Below are positions 50,640-61,362 of a stretch of 64,000 nucleotides of DNA, one piece after another. The position numbers and the translations under genes are program-made. Numbering within the stretch: the stretch's first letter is position 1; each line of letters starts with the position of its first letter. Source of the stretch: Gnetum montanum (Eukaryota; Plantae; Gnetophyta); assembly GCA_015680685.1 (NCBI GenBank), contig MNCI01002155.1, positions 249,770-313,769 on the forward strand, written 5' to 3'. The notes beneath the pieces are model-generated. The model was given only the letters and a program-made list of their open reading frames with translations, was not told the DNA's origin and did no database searches.

Positions 50640-53313
50640 GTTTAGGGATCTTGTGCAATCCATGCTAATGTTTCGATGTTTGATGGAGTCAGCACCTCCC
50701 ATGGGTAGAGTAGTTGTGGATACATTTGATTTTCCTTGACATACCAAGCTACAAACACCCGTCGTTCCTCCTCATAGGCTTTGGATTTTTCTTTGTATTC
50801 TTGAAAATTTGCAAGCCATCGAGCCAAATCTGTTGTGACACCTTTTTGCCCCTGGTAGCTTTCCTTAACCACCTCAAGTTCAGAATTTGCAATCTCTAGT
50901 TTCTACAATATCATTTTGCATTCTACAAATTCTGTTTCATATTTTCTGTAGGTGGTAGCTACCTACTGTTCGAGCTCTATTCTCAGGTGCCCTGCTGTTA
51001 ACATGGCAAGGTTGGCATATCACAGGTTTGCCAACTCCATGTATTTTGTAAAATCCTAGATCTACAAGTCTCGATTTTTAACTTTTGCCTAGTGGGCAAA
51101 GGCATATGTGTTCAAAATGGCCCGCTAGTCAGTGTGTTGAGCACTGATAATGTTGATGTGGGCCTTGGCCATATGGATCTCCTTCTCAATGATCTATTTG
51201 TACATCCCCACTTGGTCCTAGAAGTGCTCCTTTAGCTGTTCATGTCATTTAGCCTCACTTTGCCACGTGCTAATTTCGATAGTCGTCTTTTGGCAGATGG
51301 TGCGTACTTCCTTCATTGAGAGGGTTTGATTTTCCCTGGCTAAATGGCTCATGTCTTGGTTGACTTGGATGAATTGTTCTCGCAACTAGTGAAAATGTTC
51401 TTCGAAAAAATTCTTTTGCTTTTCCACAAAGGTCAACCGAAGGTTGTCGGCAACAAGTTGCTTATTTTCCTTTTGTAAGGCCTTGAGTGCCTTGGTATGT
51501 GCATTCGTTTGTGCTTGTGCCGCAGAGGCATTCCAAACAGCCTTCACTTTTTCTTCTAGCACCTTCTTATTCTCCATTAGTAGCTTGGTTAGTTGCTTAG
51601 TTTTGAAACTATCCAACTGGTCTGCAGGAACAAATTGCAAAGGGTCCCATTGTGCTACTTGTAGGGCCACAAGCTTTTCTTGCAATTTTTGCACCTCTAC
51701 TTCAGCTTGCTCGGCCCTCATCTCTATCAAGACCAGCTTCCCCTTCATGGAAATGAGGTCTGATTGAATTGCTGTAACATCTTGAGGGATGTCAAATAGG
51801 CATGTCATTACTTGTCTTGTTTGTAGCAATCGATCAAGTGCATCCTCATGTTCCACAACAGTCATTGAGGTTCCAACCAAAGTTTGAGCATCTCGTGCTC
51901 CTGTGAGATCTTCCGGTGGCACAACAAGTACATTGAATGATTCTTTAATGTGATCTGTGACCACTTCTGTGGCTCCCACTACATCCTGGCATTACATGAC
52001 CACCACTGTGGCCCCTTCATCAGTTTCTGCACTTGGAAAGATGCAGTGTTTCCCAAGATCTATTATGACCAAGTACTTTCCCCTCCTCCTGTATGGATGG
52101 ACACTTCACCCCTTGCAAAATCCAAAGAAACCATGGGTTGTATGACATTGTCAATGACGTGGAAGAGATTTGCGTCATCATGACTTCCCCAACTGACTGT
52201 CTCAGTGATGGCCCTAAGATGGCTCATCGACGGTATGTATTCTTGCGACGACAGTGGTTTATCGTGGACCATGCTAGGCCCTGCTTCCTATTGTTGGCTG
52301 GGTCCCATACTTGGAAGTTGGTTGGGTCCTGCAAGTTGAGTTGTAGTTGATCCAACCGTTTATTCTTTTTCTTGTTCTAGTCCCAACGTCTCACCAGTGA
52401 TTTTCCTTGCAGTTGGTGGCTTTAACAATTCAGCATATGAAGCATTCTGGGATTTTTGAAGGACATCATTAGTGTATCCTCTGATACCAACACGTTGGCA
52501 CAACTTCCTGATAAGACAAGGGAAGGGTAATGCAAGCTTCCCTGTCTTCCATTCTTCAAACCTCCTCAGGATCTTCGTGAAATATAAATGAGGTAGGTTA
52601 GCATTAACCTTTCCCATAAGCACTGCACACCCCCTTGCTGCATATGTTGAAATCCTTTTTAGGCCCTTCATGGGGAAGAGGTGATATGTTCCAATTTTTA
52701 AATAGATCCTCTCTTCTATTGTCAACTCTCCAAATGTCTTATCCTTACCATATTCCCTCTCCAACAAAAATCGTCATGCATCGGGGTCTGAATAGGTGGA
52801 TAACTGAGCAACCTTTGGCCCTTTATTTGGAAGGTTTAATACTTCTGAAATGGCCTGCACAGAGAAGTCAAATGTCACACCACAAATGTTAATGGTGGTG
52901 CCTTGTTTTCTATTGTGCCAAAACTAGTACGTTTCCCCTAGGTACTAGGCACCGCTTGCAGAGAGGATAGGCCATAAGGGAGATCCTTTGAGGTGGTCCC
53001 TAACAGCCTCAAGAGCAAACTTTGTGAAAGATTCAAAATTTAATTCCACAATCACCATAGTGATTGTGGACCTTTCGTGGATAGCTTGAACATAATCCTG
53101 GGGCAACATGAGATGTTGTCCTTGTTCAGGCATTGCAGTAGCTCCTCCTTTTGCCTGCTCGGACTGTACAGTAGCAGGGTCCTCTTGATGAATGCTAAAT
53201 GATTGTTCCTCCTGCTCTGCATGTTGTCCAGTAGGGACTTTTTCTTCACCTTTCCTAGGTCGTTTGCTTCCACTTTGAGCAAGACCTTCCTGTTGTCCAT
53301 GTTTTGGAGCCAT
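50640..53313 (-). pseudogene. Element D ORF2 (~890 codons; env-like/plant-transposon-protein domain plus long coiled coil)
   Basis: MAPKHGQ...SKRPRK start; NANLPHLYF...LALPFPCLIRKLCQRVGI motif; heptad-rich ORFs at 51386-51979 and 50642-50872; several premature stops. Confidence 0.75.
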
Positions 53314-53753
53314 CTCCAATCACACGGGGCCAAGTGTTAATAAGGTTGTTTCCAAAGTTAAGTTATATCTTACTTCTTGCCTTAATTAATTTATTTTATC
53401 TTTGTGTGATGTTTCCAAAAAGATTATAATAGTGAGTCCTTTTTACTTAGGTGGTTTCCAATTTTAGTTTCTCGATGTACCTAAAGGGATGAAATTATTT
53501 TCAGCACAATTATCCTTAATGTTATAGCTAATTATCCTTGATAATGTCCTTCTGGCGATGAAATATTCCAAAAATGTTATGTGCTATTCGGTGTGTGTCC
53601 CTCCCCCACGACTAAGCTGAACACTCCGGGTTCAGTGAGCGAGATATAGGTATAAAAGCAAGGGTCTCACAATCGCAAGTCGTAGAGAAAAATTTGAAAA
53701 ACTCCCATGTGTGAATTTTTGAAAATGATGGTCAGTGTTGTGGGGGGTCACGT

Positions 53754-53815
53754 ATTTATAGTTTGATGTGACAAGATATTGCGTACGAGATATCCAGTAC
53801 ACGATATCGCGGCCT
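53754..53815 (-). promoter_or_regulatory. Putative internal promoter of element D ORF2
   Basis: TATAAAT (53754-53760, minus) preceded by three GATAT-core motifs, including acgatatcgc (53801-53810), as in the LTR U3 (50241-50311). Confidence 0.6.
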
Positions 53816-55199
53816 ATCAATGTTTAGGCTCAAGGGAAAATACCGAATTTTGAAGGTTTTTCTGAAATTACCAATGTGAAGTAAGGACATGTGGGCACGT
53901 GTTAAAGGGTTTGAGGGTAATTTAGATAGTTTTGAAGGCATGAATAATTATAATGGTGTGGAATTGATCAATAAGGCCTCGGGTGGTAAGTGAGAGAAAA
54001 AGGCCATGTGATGGTTCATAGGAATGTGTAAATTGGAGGGATAGTAATAAGGGAAAGAATATTGTTGACAATACACAGAGGGTAGTAGATGATGTGCAAA
54101 AGATGTGTTATAAGTGTAAATTACAAAAATTATGCAAGTGGGTCCTTCCCAAAGTAGGTTCCAACCTATAATGCCCTTGCATAACCACACCTTAAAATGT
54201 CCATAAGCACTAGAAGGGTTAAATTTAATCCACACTGGTTCCACAAAACACACACATGTAAGTATCATCAAAATGAGGCCAAAATTCTATGCTGCACAAG
54301 ACACAAGTTACAAATACATGAACAATGAGATGAGATGGGGTATAGAAGGGATTATAGAGATTGGGACATGAGGTAATTGACCCAAGGCACAGTGAATCCT
54401 GCATGTAAAGCGTGATTAATGTGTTATTAACCCATCGTTCTAAGATCAGGACCAAGTCCATTCCTCTAATCAGTGACACCACATTGTTTTATCCCATGAT
54501 GAGCGACTATTAGAGTACCATAACAAAAAGGCATATGATCACTTGACATTTTATTCAAGGGAGGAGTGATTTTTGTTTTGTGGCACTTTTCTTTTCATTT
54601 TTTCTCTTTTTTTTTAATTTTTGAATCCAGAGAAGTCACCAACCTTCAGGCATGGGTGCATGTCTTTCTAGTGGGACCCCCTAGAATAGCATTGGATTTT
54701 TGAATGCCTTTTGATGACTCTTACTCCCATTTTGCATTAGATCTACAAGGATCTTAGTACAACCATGCTGCATGATAACTCTCACGGATGTCACCAAAGA
54801 GAGTCCGCAAGTCCCCTTGATGTCACACCCTAATCATTTTCTCTTGGTCCATCCTTCTTCATTCTAGATACAATGAAAACCAAATTAATTTTTAAGTTTT
54901 AAGAATGTCAAGAATATCACTGTACCCTCGAACATAACCTCTTATTTGTATAATGGATGAGTGGATGTAATGGGCTCACTATCCACATGAGTGCTTGAGA
55001 CTCGATAACATCGAACACACCTCAACCAACGAGCCACATGAGTGCCTTATTCATGGATGAGATTACTTATAAAAAGATAAAAAGACAAAAATATAAAACA
55101 AAAAATTGAAAAATAAGAAACTGGGAAACAAAAAATTGTAAAATTAAAGAAAATGAAAAATATTTATTAACCCTGATTGTCATTAGAATGGGGGATATC

Positions 55200-57167
55200 C
55201 CCCATAACTAAACGGTTGAGCATGGCAAGGATTAATAAATGAAAGATGAGGATCCTTGCACGTTGGAAACATTGGGACTTGGTCATACTTACCCCATTGT
55301 GATTCACACACTTGATTATAGTAAACATAGTGGGGCAATTCATGAGATGTGGTTCCTGGATAAATAGTTGACCCACTATGATATCTGGGACTATAAGTTG
55401 GTATGCAAGGATTAGGACATCACTCTCCATGGTTGTGCTCATTGGGCCATAGGGTTGTTGGAGTGTTACTTGGTGGCCTTGATGAGGTAACACGAAGCAT
55501 TGGGTTCGAAGAGAAGGATGCACCACAGTGTTGGGCTTGTGCTGAGTTGGAGAATGTAGTAGCCTTGGAATTGTGTTGTCCCTTCTTATGGTCATGTTTA
55601 AAGAAGGGATGCCTTCAATGTTGAGGAGTTCTCTCACTGCTGTTAGCAATAGTAGCACAAGTAACATTCATGGGTTTTTGCTGTCGTGCAGATACTTCAA
55701 GAAAATTTGGTGGTGATGTAGGAGGGAAAGGATGAGAATGTCAAAATTGAGGAGAAGTGTAAGGTACACAAGGCAATGGTTGTGTTGAAGGCATGGGATG
55801 ATAGTATTGAGAAAAATGATAATGCGGTGAGATAGATTATGTTGATCCAGTTGGGGAAATAGGATGTTGAACTAGATAAGCATTTGGATTCGGATGATAT
55901 GAAGGGTGTCTCTAGTTTAGGGATGGTTTCCCCCACGACTGGGATTGTTGCCACTATGATCAAACATAGTATCTCTGTACAAACTCTAGGTGTAACATGC
56001 TTTCCCAATTCTTATATAAATGTAACAAAATTGGGCATTGACCCTTGGGGTGATTGTACAAGAAAATGTTGCATTCATACATATAATTGGTAGTTGAGCT
56101 CTTATTTTCTTCATCCCTTCTTTCTGATTGTCTAATGATACTTTTTCCTACTTCTCAGGTTGTCAAAACTCTATCTCCAATAATATTGATAAATTCTCCA
56201 CACTTTTTATGTGTCCATTCCAACATCTTATTGATCTTTGCCTCGACTTCTTCTAGTGATTTTTGTGTTGGAAAAGATGATTTTTCCTTCTTGAGATAGG
56301 TTGATTTCTCCTTTTTATGATTGTGGACCTTTGTTAAGTTGAGATTTGGATCCTATTGATTTTTTTTTTCAACACTCTCCCATATAGCCATTTCTCCTTC
56401 TTCTTTTGCTACCCACTTAATAAGCTCTTGGACTTGATGGGTTCATAGTTTGTATAGTTGACCTTGGGCATACATCCCTAGGGTTTCTCTTGTTGCATCA
56501 CGAAGCCCATCAATGATATGGTACATTACCGTTTCCTCGGAGAACTCATGGCCTGGACAGTTGTTTAATAGTGCATAATATCTTTCTAAGGCCATGTCCA
56601 AGGGTTCATGTTGTGCTTGTTTCCATTCTTGGATTTTTTCCTCAAGGCTGACACTCTTGCATAGGTTTGATATCTTTCATTAAAGAGTTCTACCATTGTT
56701 GGCCAATGTCAAATTGAATTTGGTTTTAATGATCTATACCATACTTTTTCTTGGCCAACGAATGTCATAGGAAAGAGCTTGAGTTTTTTCCAACCATTAT
56801 CAATGTTGTTCCATGCATAGGCATCATAGAAGGCTTGTAAATGTTGTTGCGGATCTAACTCATAGCCTCCTGAGAAATTGGGAAAGTTGTTTAAATCGAG
56901 CCTGGGTAGATGGCTCTCTTTATGATGCCTACGGGAGATTCGAACAACCTCTTGTATTTGCGTTAGGCTTGTAGTGGCCAGTAGCGGTTCATCATCATTG
57001 AGTAAGTTATGCTTTCGTGCACTGGGACGATGCTGCCTTCGTTTATGTTTATAAGAAACCCCCACCTTAGATTGCATACTCCAATCTTCATTGTCATTTA
57101 ATTCGTTGGTTCTCCAATGAATTTCCTCACTAGGTATGGCATTATCATAGTCTTGTAGGAGAGGCAT
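55200..57167 (-). pseudogene. gag: Element D gag remnant; no protease motif found
   Basis: DLNNFPNFSGGYELDPQQHLQAFYDA...WKKLKLFPMTF..WYRSL. A P/Q-rich tail runs straight into non-coding T-rich sequence. Confidence 0.85.
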
Positions 57168-58899
57168 GGTTGTGTAATTGTGTGTGAATTTATATGTGAC
57201 TTTTTATAATTATTTCTTCTTAAAAGATATATCGTTAATCCCTATACAATGACCTTGTATGATATAACTAATCTAGATAACTAGCACCATCCCCGACAAG
57301 GATGCCAATGATGAGTGGCAAGGTACCCCTACACTCAACCATATGAATATGAGTGTTTCATGCATGATCTGGTCGAACTCCACAGATAGACTAGTTGTGG
57401 TATCTAGACAGTTATCCTTAGGTCATAGTCCATTGTCTTCCCATCTAGACTAGTGTTAACTTTGTCACGTATGGTTTAGTCCAAAGTGAGGTGTATGATG
57501 TGTTCCTATACTAATGCTACTCCTGGAGATAACGGAAAATAATATTAACTAAGCTAAGAGAGAGAAGGTGAGAGAATCTAAGCTAGCCTAAGTGCGATGA
57601 GTACCAATTCCTCAATCATTCATACACACCTTGGACCTCATGCATGACTACCACTGGGATTACCAAGCATAGATCCTAGGTACGCTACTGGGTTACCAAG
57701 TAGTCACACTTAAATGCTCGTGATCGAGTCATACTCATTCTACGTTTAACAGGAGTTTAGGGTGAAGAGATATTAACTAAGAAAGTAGTAAATAAAAATT
57801 AAGTAAATAATTAAACTAAGTGAATGCAGTAATGATGAAGTAATCTCGATCTTTATTTCTGGTCATGTGCGTGTCCAAGTACGTAACACTCAAATAAGGA
57901 TGTCGTACAATTACAATCACCACACTGCGGGCATGCACTGGGAGGAAAGGGTTGAGATAAGAACTACTTAAATTTAAACACTTAAATTAAGAATTGAAAA
58001 ACTGTCTATCGGAACTACCTACCTCTTATTTATAGATGAGGAAACAGGCTGCGATATCATGTACATGATATCACATACGTGATATCACGATTAACTAAAA
58101 TGGTGACTCATCAACTATTGTTGAAGATGATGTTAGTGATATAGTTAGTTACATCATTAATGATCACTATTAAAAGCTTTATGGATTTATCTCTTATGAT
58201 ATTTGATATTATAAGCAACACACACATTACTAATTAAATTATGACTTCTTCTCACAAGGTTGACAATCCATTGTGTGATGAAAAAACTATTAGGTGTAAT
58301 AATAAAATCAATATTGAAGAAGACTAGAGTGGGCAATCACAAGCAAGATTTTACATGTTCATGAAGATCAATATTTTCCTAAATTTAACTTGATTTTCCA
58401 CTAAGATGAACAATTTTGGTAGTAGGACCTAAAAGGTGATGTTTTCCTACTTCCCAAATGATTAGCTTTGTCAATGCTTCAAGAAGGTCTCTTGAGATTT
58501 GGTCTTGATCATGGCATTAATGGTTAACATGTTACTAGAAACATGTTTAAATCATACCATCCAACAAAGGTTTAACTTAGATAAGATGCCATAATGAAGA
58601 TAATACATGAATGTTATAAAGGTAAGAATACAATACACATAACATTTCAATCTAAAAATGAGAATACAAGATATTGGTCTAAGAGGTTCAATTATCATCA
58701 TCCTTTCATCTTCCAAACTAAAGATGTAGTACATCAAAGATTCCATGTAATTGTAGTAAGTAATGATAAGGGAGATGGAATGGATTGCAAAAAGAAGGGA
58801 GGCCTTAAGACCTAGGAACTTTAGTAGACCTAGAAGAGATAAACAAAGGGATCATAGATGAATACAAGAATGCCATGGTGGCTCTTCCAACTCATCATC

Positions 58900-60250
58900 T
58901 TTCTCTTCATCTTTATTATCTAGTTATAAGAAGAATGAATGTAGGGAAGGAGATAGAGCTCCATCTAAAGGTCAAGACAAGAAACTTGAAGATCATCATT
59001 AAAGAAATCCATATGATCATGATAGAAGAATCCTAATAGAATCCTAGTAGAGATAGATAAAGAGACAAAGATAGAAGTTAAGGTAGAGAAAGAGACATAG
59101 AAGAGAACATAAAAAACATCATCATGATGAGTTAAATAAAGATTATCACTTTGATTATGACATGCTTGATGATGATGAACCATTATTGATTCCAAGAAGC
59201 ATGATTTAAATTCATGAAATAGTAAGGATTCCTCACAAGCATCAAAAGAAAAGTTACATCAATCATATGACCATGAATAATATCCCATAATTTGAGGGAT
59301 TTTACAACTTTGATTCATCACATCATTTGCAGGTCTTCCATGATGTCTATGATTTGGAGAAAGAAAATGCTAGAATTTAAAGATCTTCCTAAGTATATTC
59401 ATCAAAGAACTTAAAAGTTGGTACTAATCATTAAAGCTAGTCTTAATTCACCAATGATCTATAATGTTTGATCTCTTTAATAAAGTAACTAACTTGAGAA
59501 AATAGATTCAAGAATGGAAATAAAGGAATCATGAATTTATTGATTTATCTATGGAAAATAGTATTTCTTATTATATAAATGTTGAGCCCATGGGTTTTCT
59601 TAAAAGGGGCAACTTTGCTATATCATAGATGGGCTTCAAAACAAATTGAGAGAAACCCATGGGATTTATATCTAAGGTAGGCTATCAAAGCTAAAAGCTC
59701 ATAAAACTAAAAGGCTCATTAACTAGGTGGTGAAAGAAGAAGAAAAACTACACAAAAGGAAGAGTATTGAGAAATACGATTTGGACCCATTCCTGCTTAG
59801 GAAGTAGGTCCATACGTATAATCTAGAGGAGGAAGAGACTTTTCTTGATAAATTGGTTTAACAAAAAAAAACATTTTTCATGCAAAATTTAATCACCAAG
59901 GTAGTAACAAAGGTTGATAAAATAAAAGAGTCAATGGATGAAAAATTCATACTTACTCTAAAGATCATGAAGGAACAAATAGAGCAAGCAAGAGGTAAGG
60001 ACCAATACAAGAGAAAGAAAAGGACAATGCACTTAGAAAGGATACCTATCAACAAAAGGCTAATGCAATGCAATGTGATGTCACTCATATGTGATATGGA
60101 CTTGGTTTGAATTTTGGATGAAAAGCCAATGATCACTCTAACCACATATCACACAAAAAATTCATTATGCCTATGGTAAGATACCTCACATCCCAATTTC
60201 TACAATCCCTTGCTACTCCCATTTTTCCTCTTTGTAATATATAATCATAC
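58900..60250 (+). pseudogene. gag: Element E gag remnant
   Basis: DDEPLLIPRSMI*IHEIVRIPHKHQK...MNNIP*FEGFYNFDSSHHLQVFHDV (~59170-59350) is homologous to D gag. Confidence 0.75.
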
Positions 60251-60745
60251 TTTAATGGTTTTGTATAATATAGTATTATTATCTCATCCGGGGGCAATAC
60301 TAATTGTGTGTCTTGGAAGACAGGTACATTTTACATTTAACTCCTTGAGTGCCTACGAACAGTTATAGGTGTGGTTATACAAGGGCACTATGTGTTGGAG
60401 CCTACTTTGTGAAGGACCCCCTTGTATAACTTTCGTGCTTCATACCTAACAACTAATTCCACATCATCTTGTGCCTTCAAAATACTTAAACCATCATTTT
60501 TCATTTTCCTACATTCTCATAACTAATCATAATTTTGAAAATCCCTACCACCATCTCCTATAGACCTCATTGACCTACTTTTCTTAAGATTCCTTCTTTC
60601 ATGATCTTTTACTGCTAAATTTTTATATTCTAAGCATCATCTATAATCAAGGTCCCTTCAAACCACCTTTAAATCTTCCAAACTATCCATTTGACTCAAT
60701 TTTTCTCATTAGAAATTGCTCAAAAATTAAAATTTTTCAATGGTG

Positions 60746-60822
60746 ACATTGTAGCTACAATGTATTAGGTCTTAATATGTTATAGCTACAATGTTGTATC
60801 TTTGTTGTATCTGATATAAAAT
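60746..60822 (+). promoter_or_regulatory. Putative internal promoter of element E ORF2
   Basis: Perfect 18-bp palindrome acattgtagctacaatgt (60746-60763), a second decayed copy, then TATAAA at 60815. A similar acatagtagcctatgatgc occurs in the putative LTR at ~48681. Confidence 0.5.
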
Positions 60823-61362
60823 GTAAATGCAAGAGCTAGAAAAATTTTTCATTTTCCACATTCCAACAAGGGGCATTCATGCTATTTTCTTAATCCTTTT
60901 ACAACTAAGCTTCCAAGCTCTATAACTTCCTCCCAATTTGCATGATTGTTGAGCCCTCTTGATCCTAGAGTGATCAACTTAGTTGTGGGGGAAATGCATT
61001 GGACAATTTGAGCAAATATTTTTCTAACACTGGAAGAGTACATTAAGGCTAATAATAAGAACTAATAATTAAATCTTGATCAAAAAATTCAATAATAACT
61101 AATAAACTTAAACATACCTTTTAATTACCAATCTAAATACATAATAAATAAGAAAATAACAATTGTGAGAGGCTATAATAATTAAAAGTACAAGTAATAA
61201 ATGTTTCTTTTTGAAATTTTCCTAACTTTGCAATCATAATAAGAGCTATAAGTAATAATAAGGACAAAATTTTAATTAAGTCCAAGTACCCAAGAAAGGA
61301 TCATGATCCATTAGGAAATTAATTAAACCTTTGAGTAATTTAATAATCCTTTGTGATTACAA

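Larger units (their letters stand above)
49500..58113 (-). mobile_element. Athila-like element D, complete 8.6-kb non-autonomous element (gag plus ORF2)
   Basis: LTRs 49500-50336 and 57309-58113 (TGATGAG...CTCATCA); perfect TSD actat/actat; PBS tggcatccttgtcgggga (minus, ~57290-57307); PPT catgggggta adjoining 50336. Confidence 0.95.

Noticed and set aside
60333-60432. Twister or HDV-like ribozyme assignment for the spacer motif
   Set aside because: The twister T1 pairing and the HDV P3/L3 element could not be built; kept only as an unclassified structured motif.
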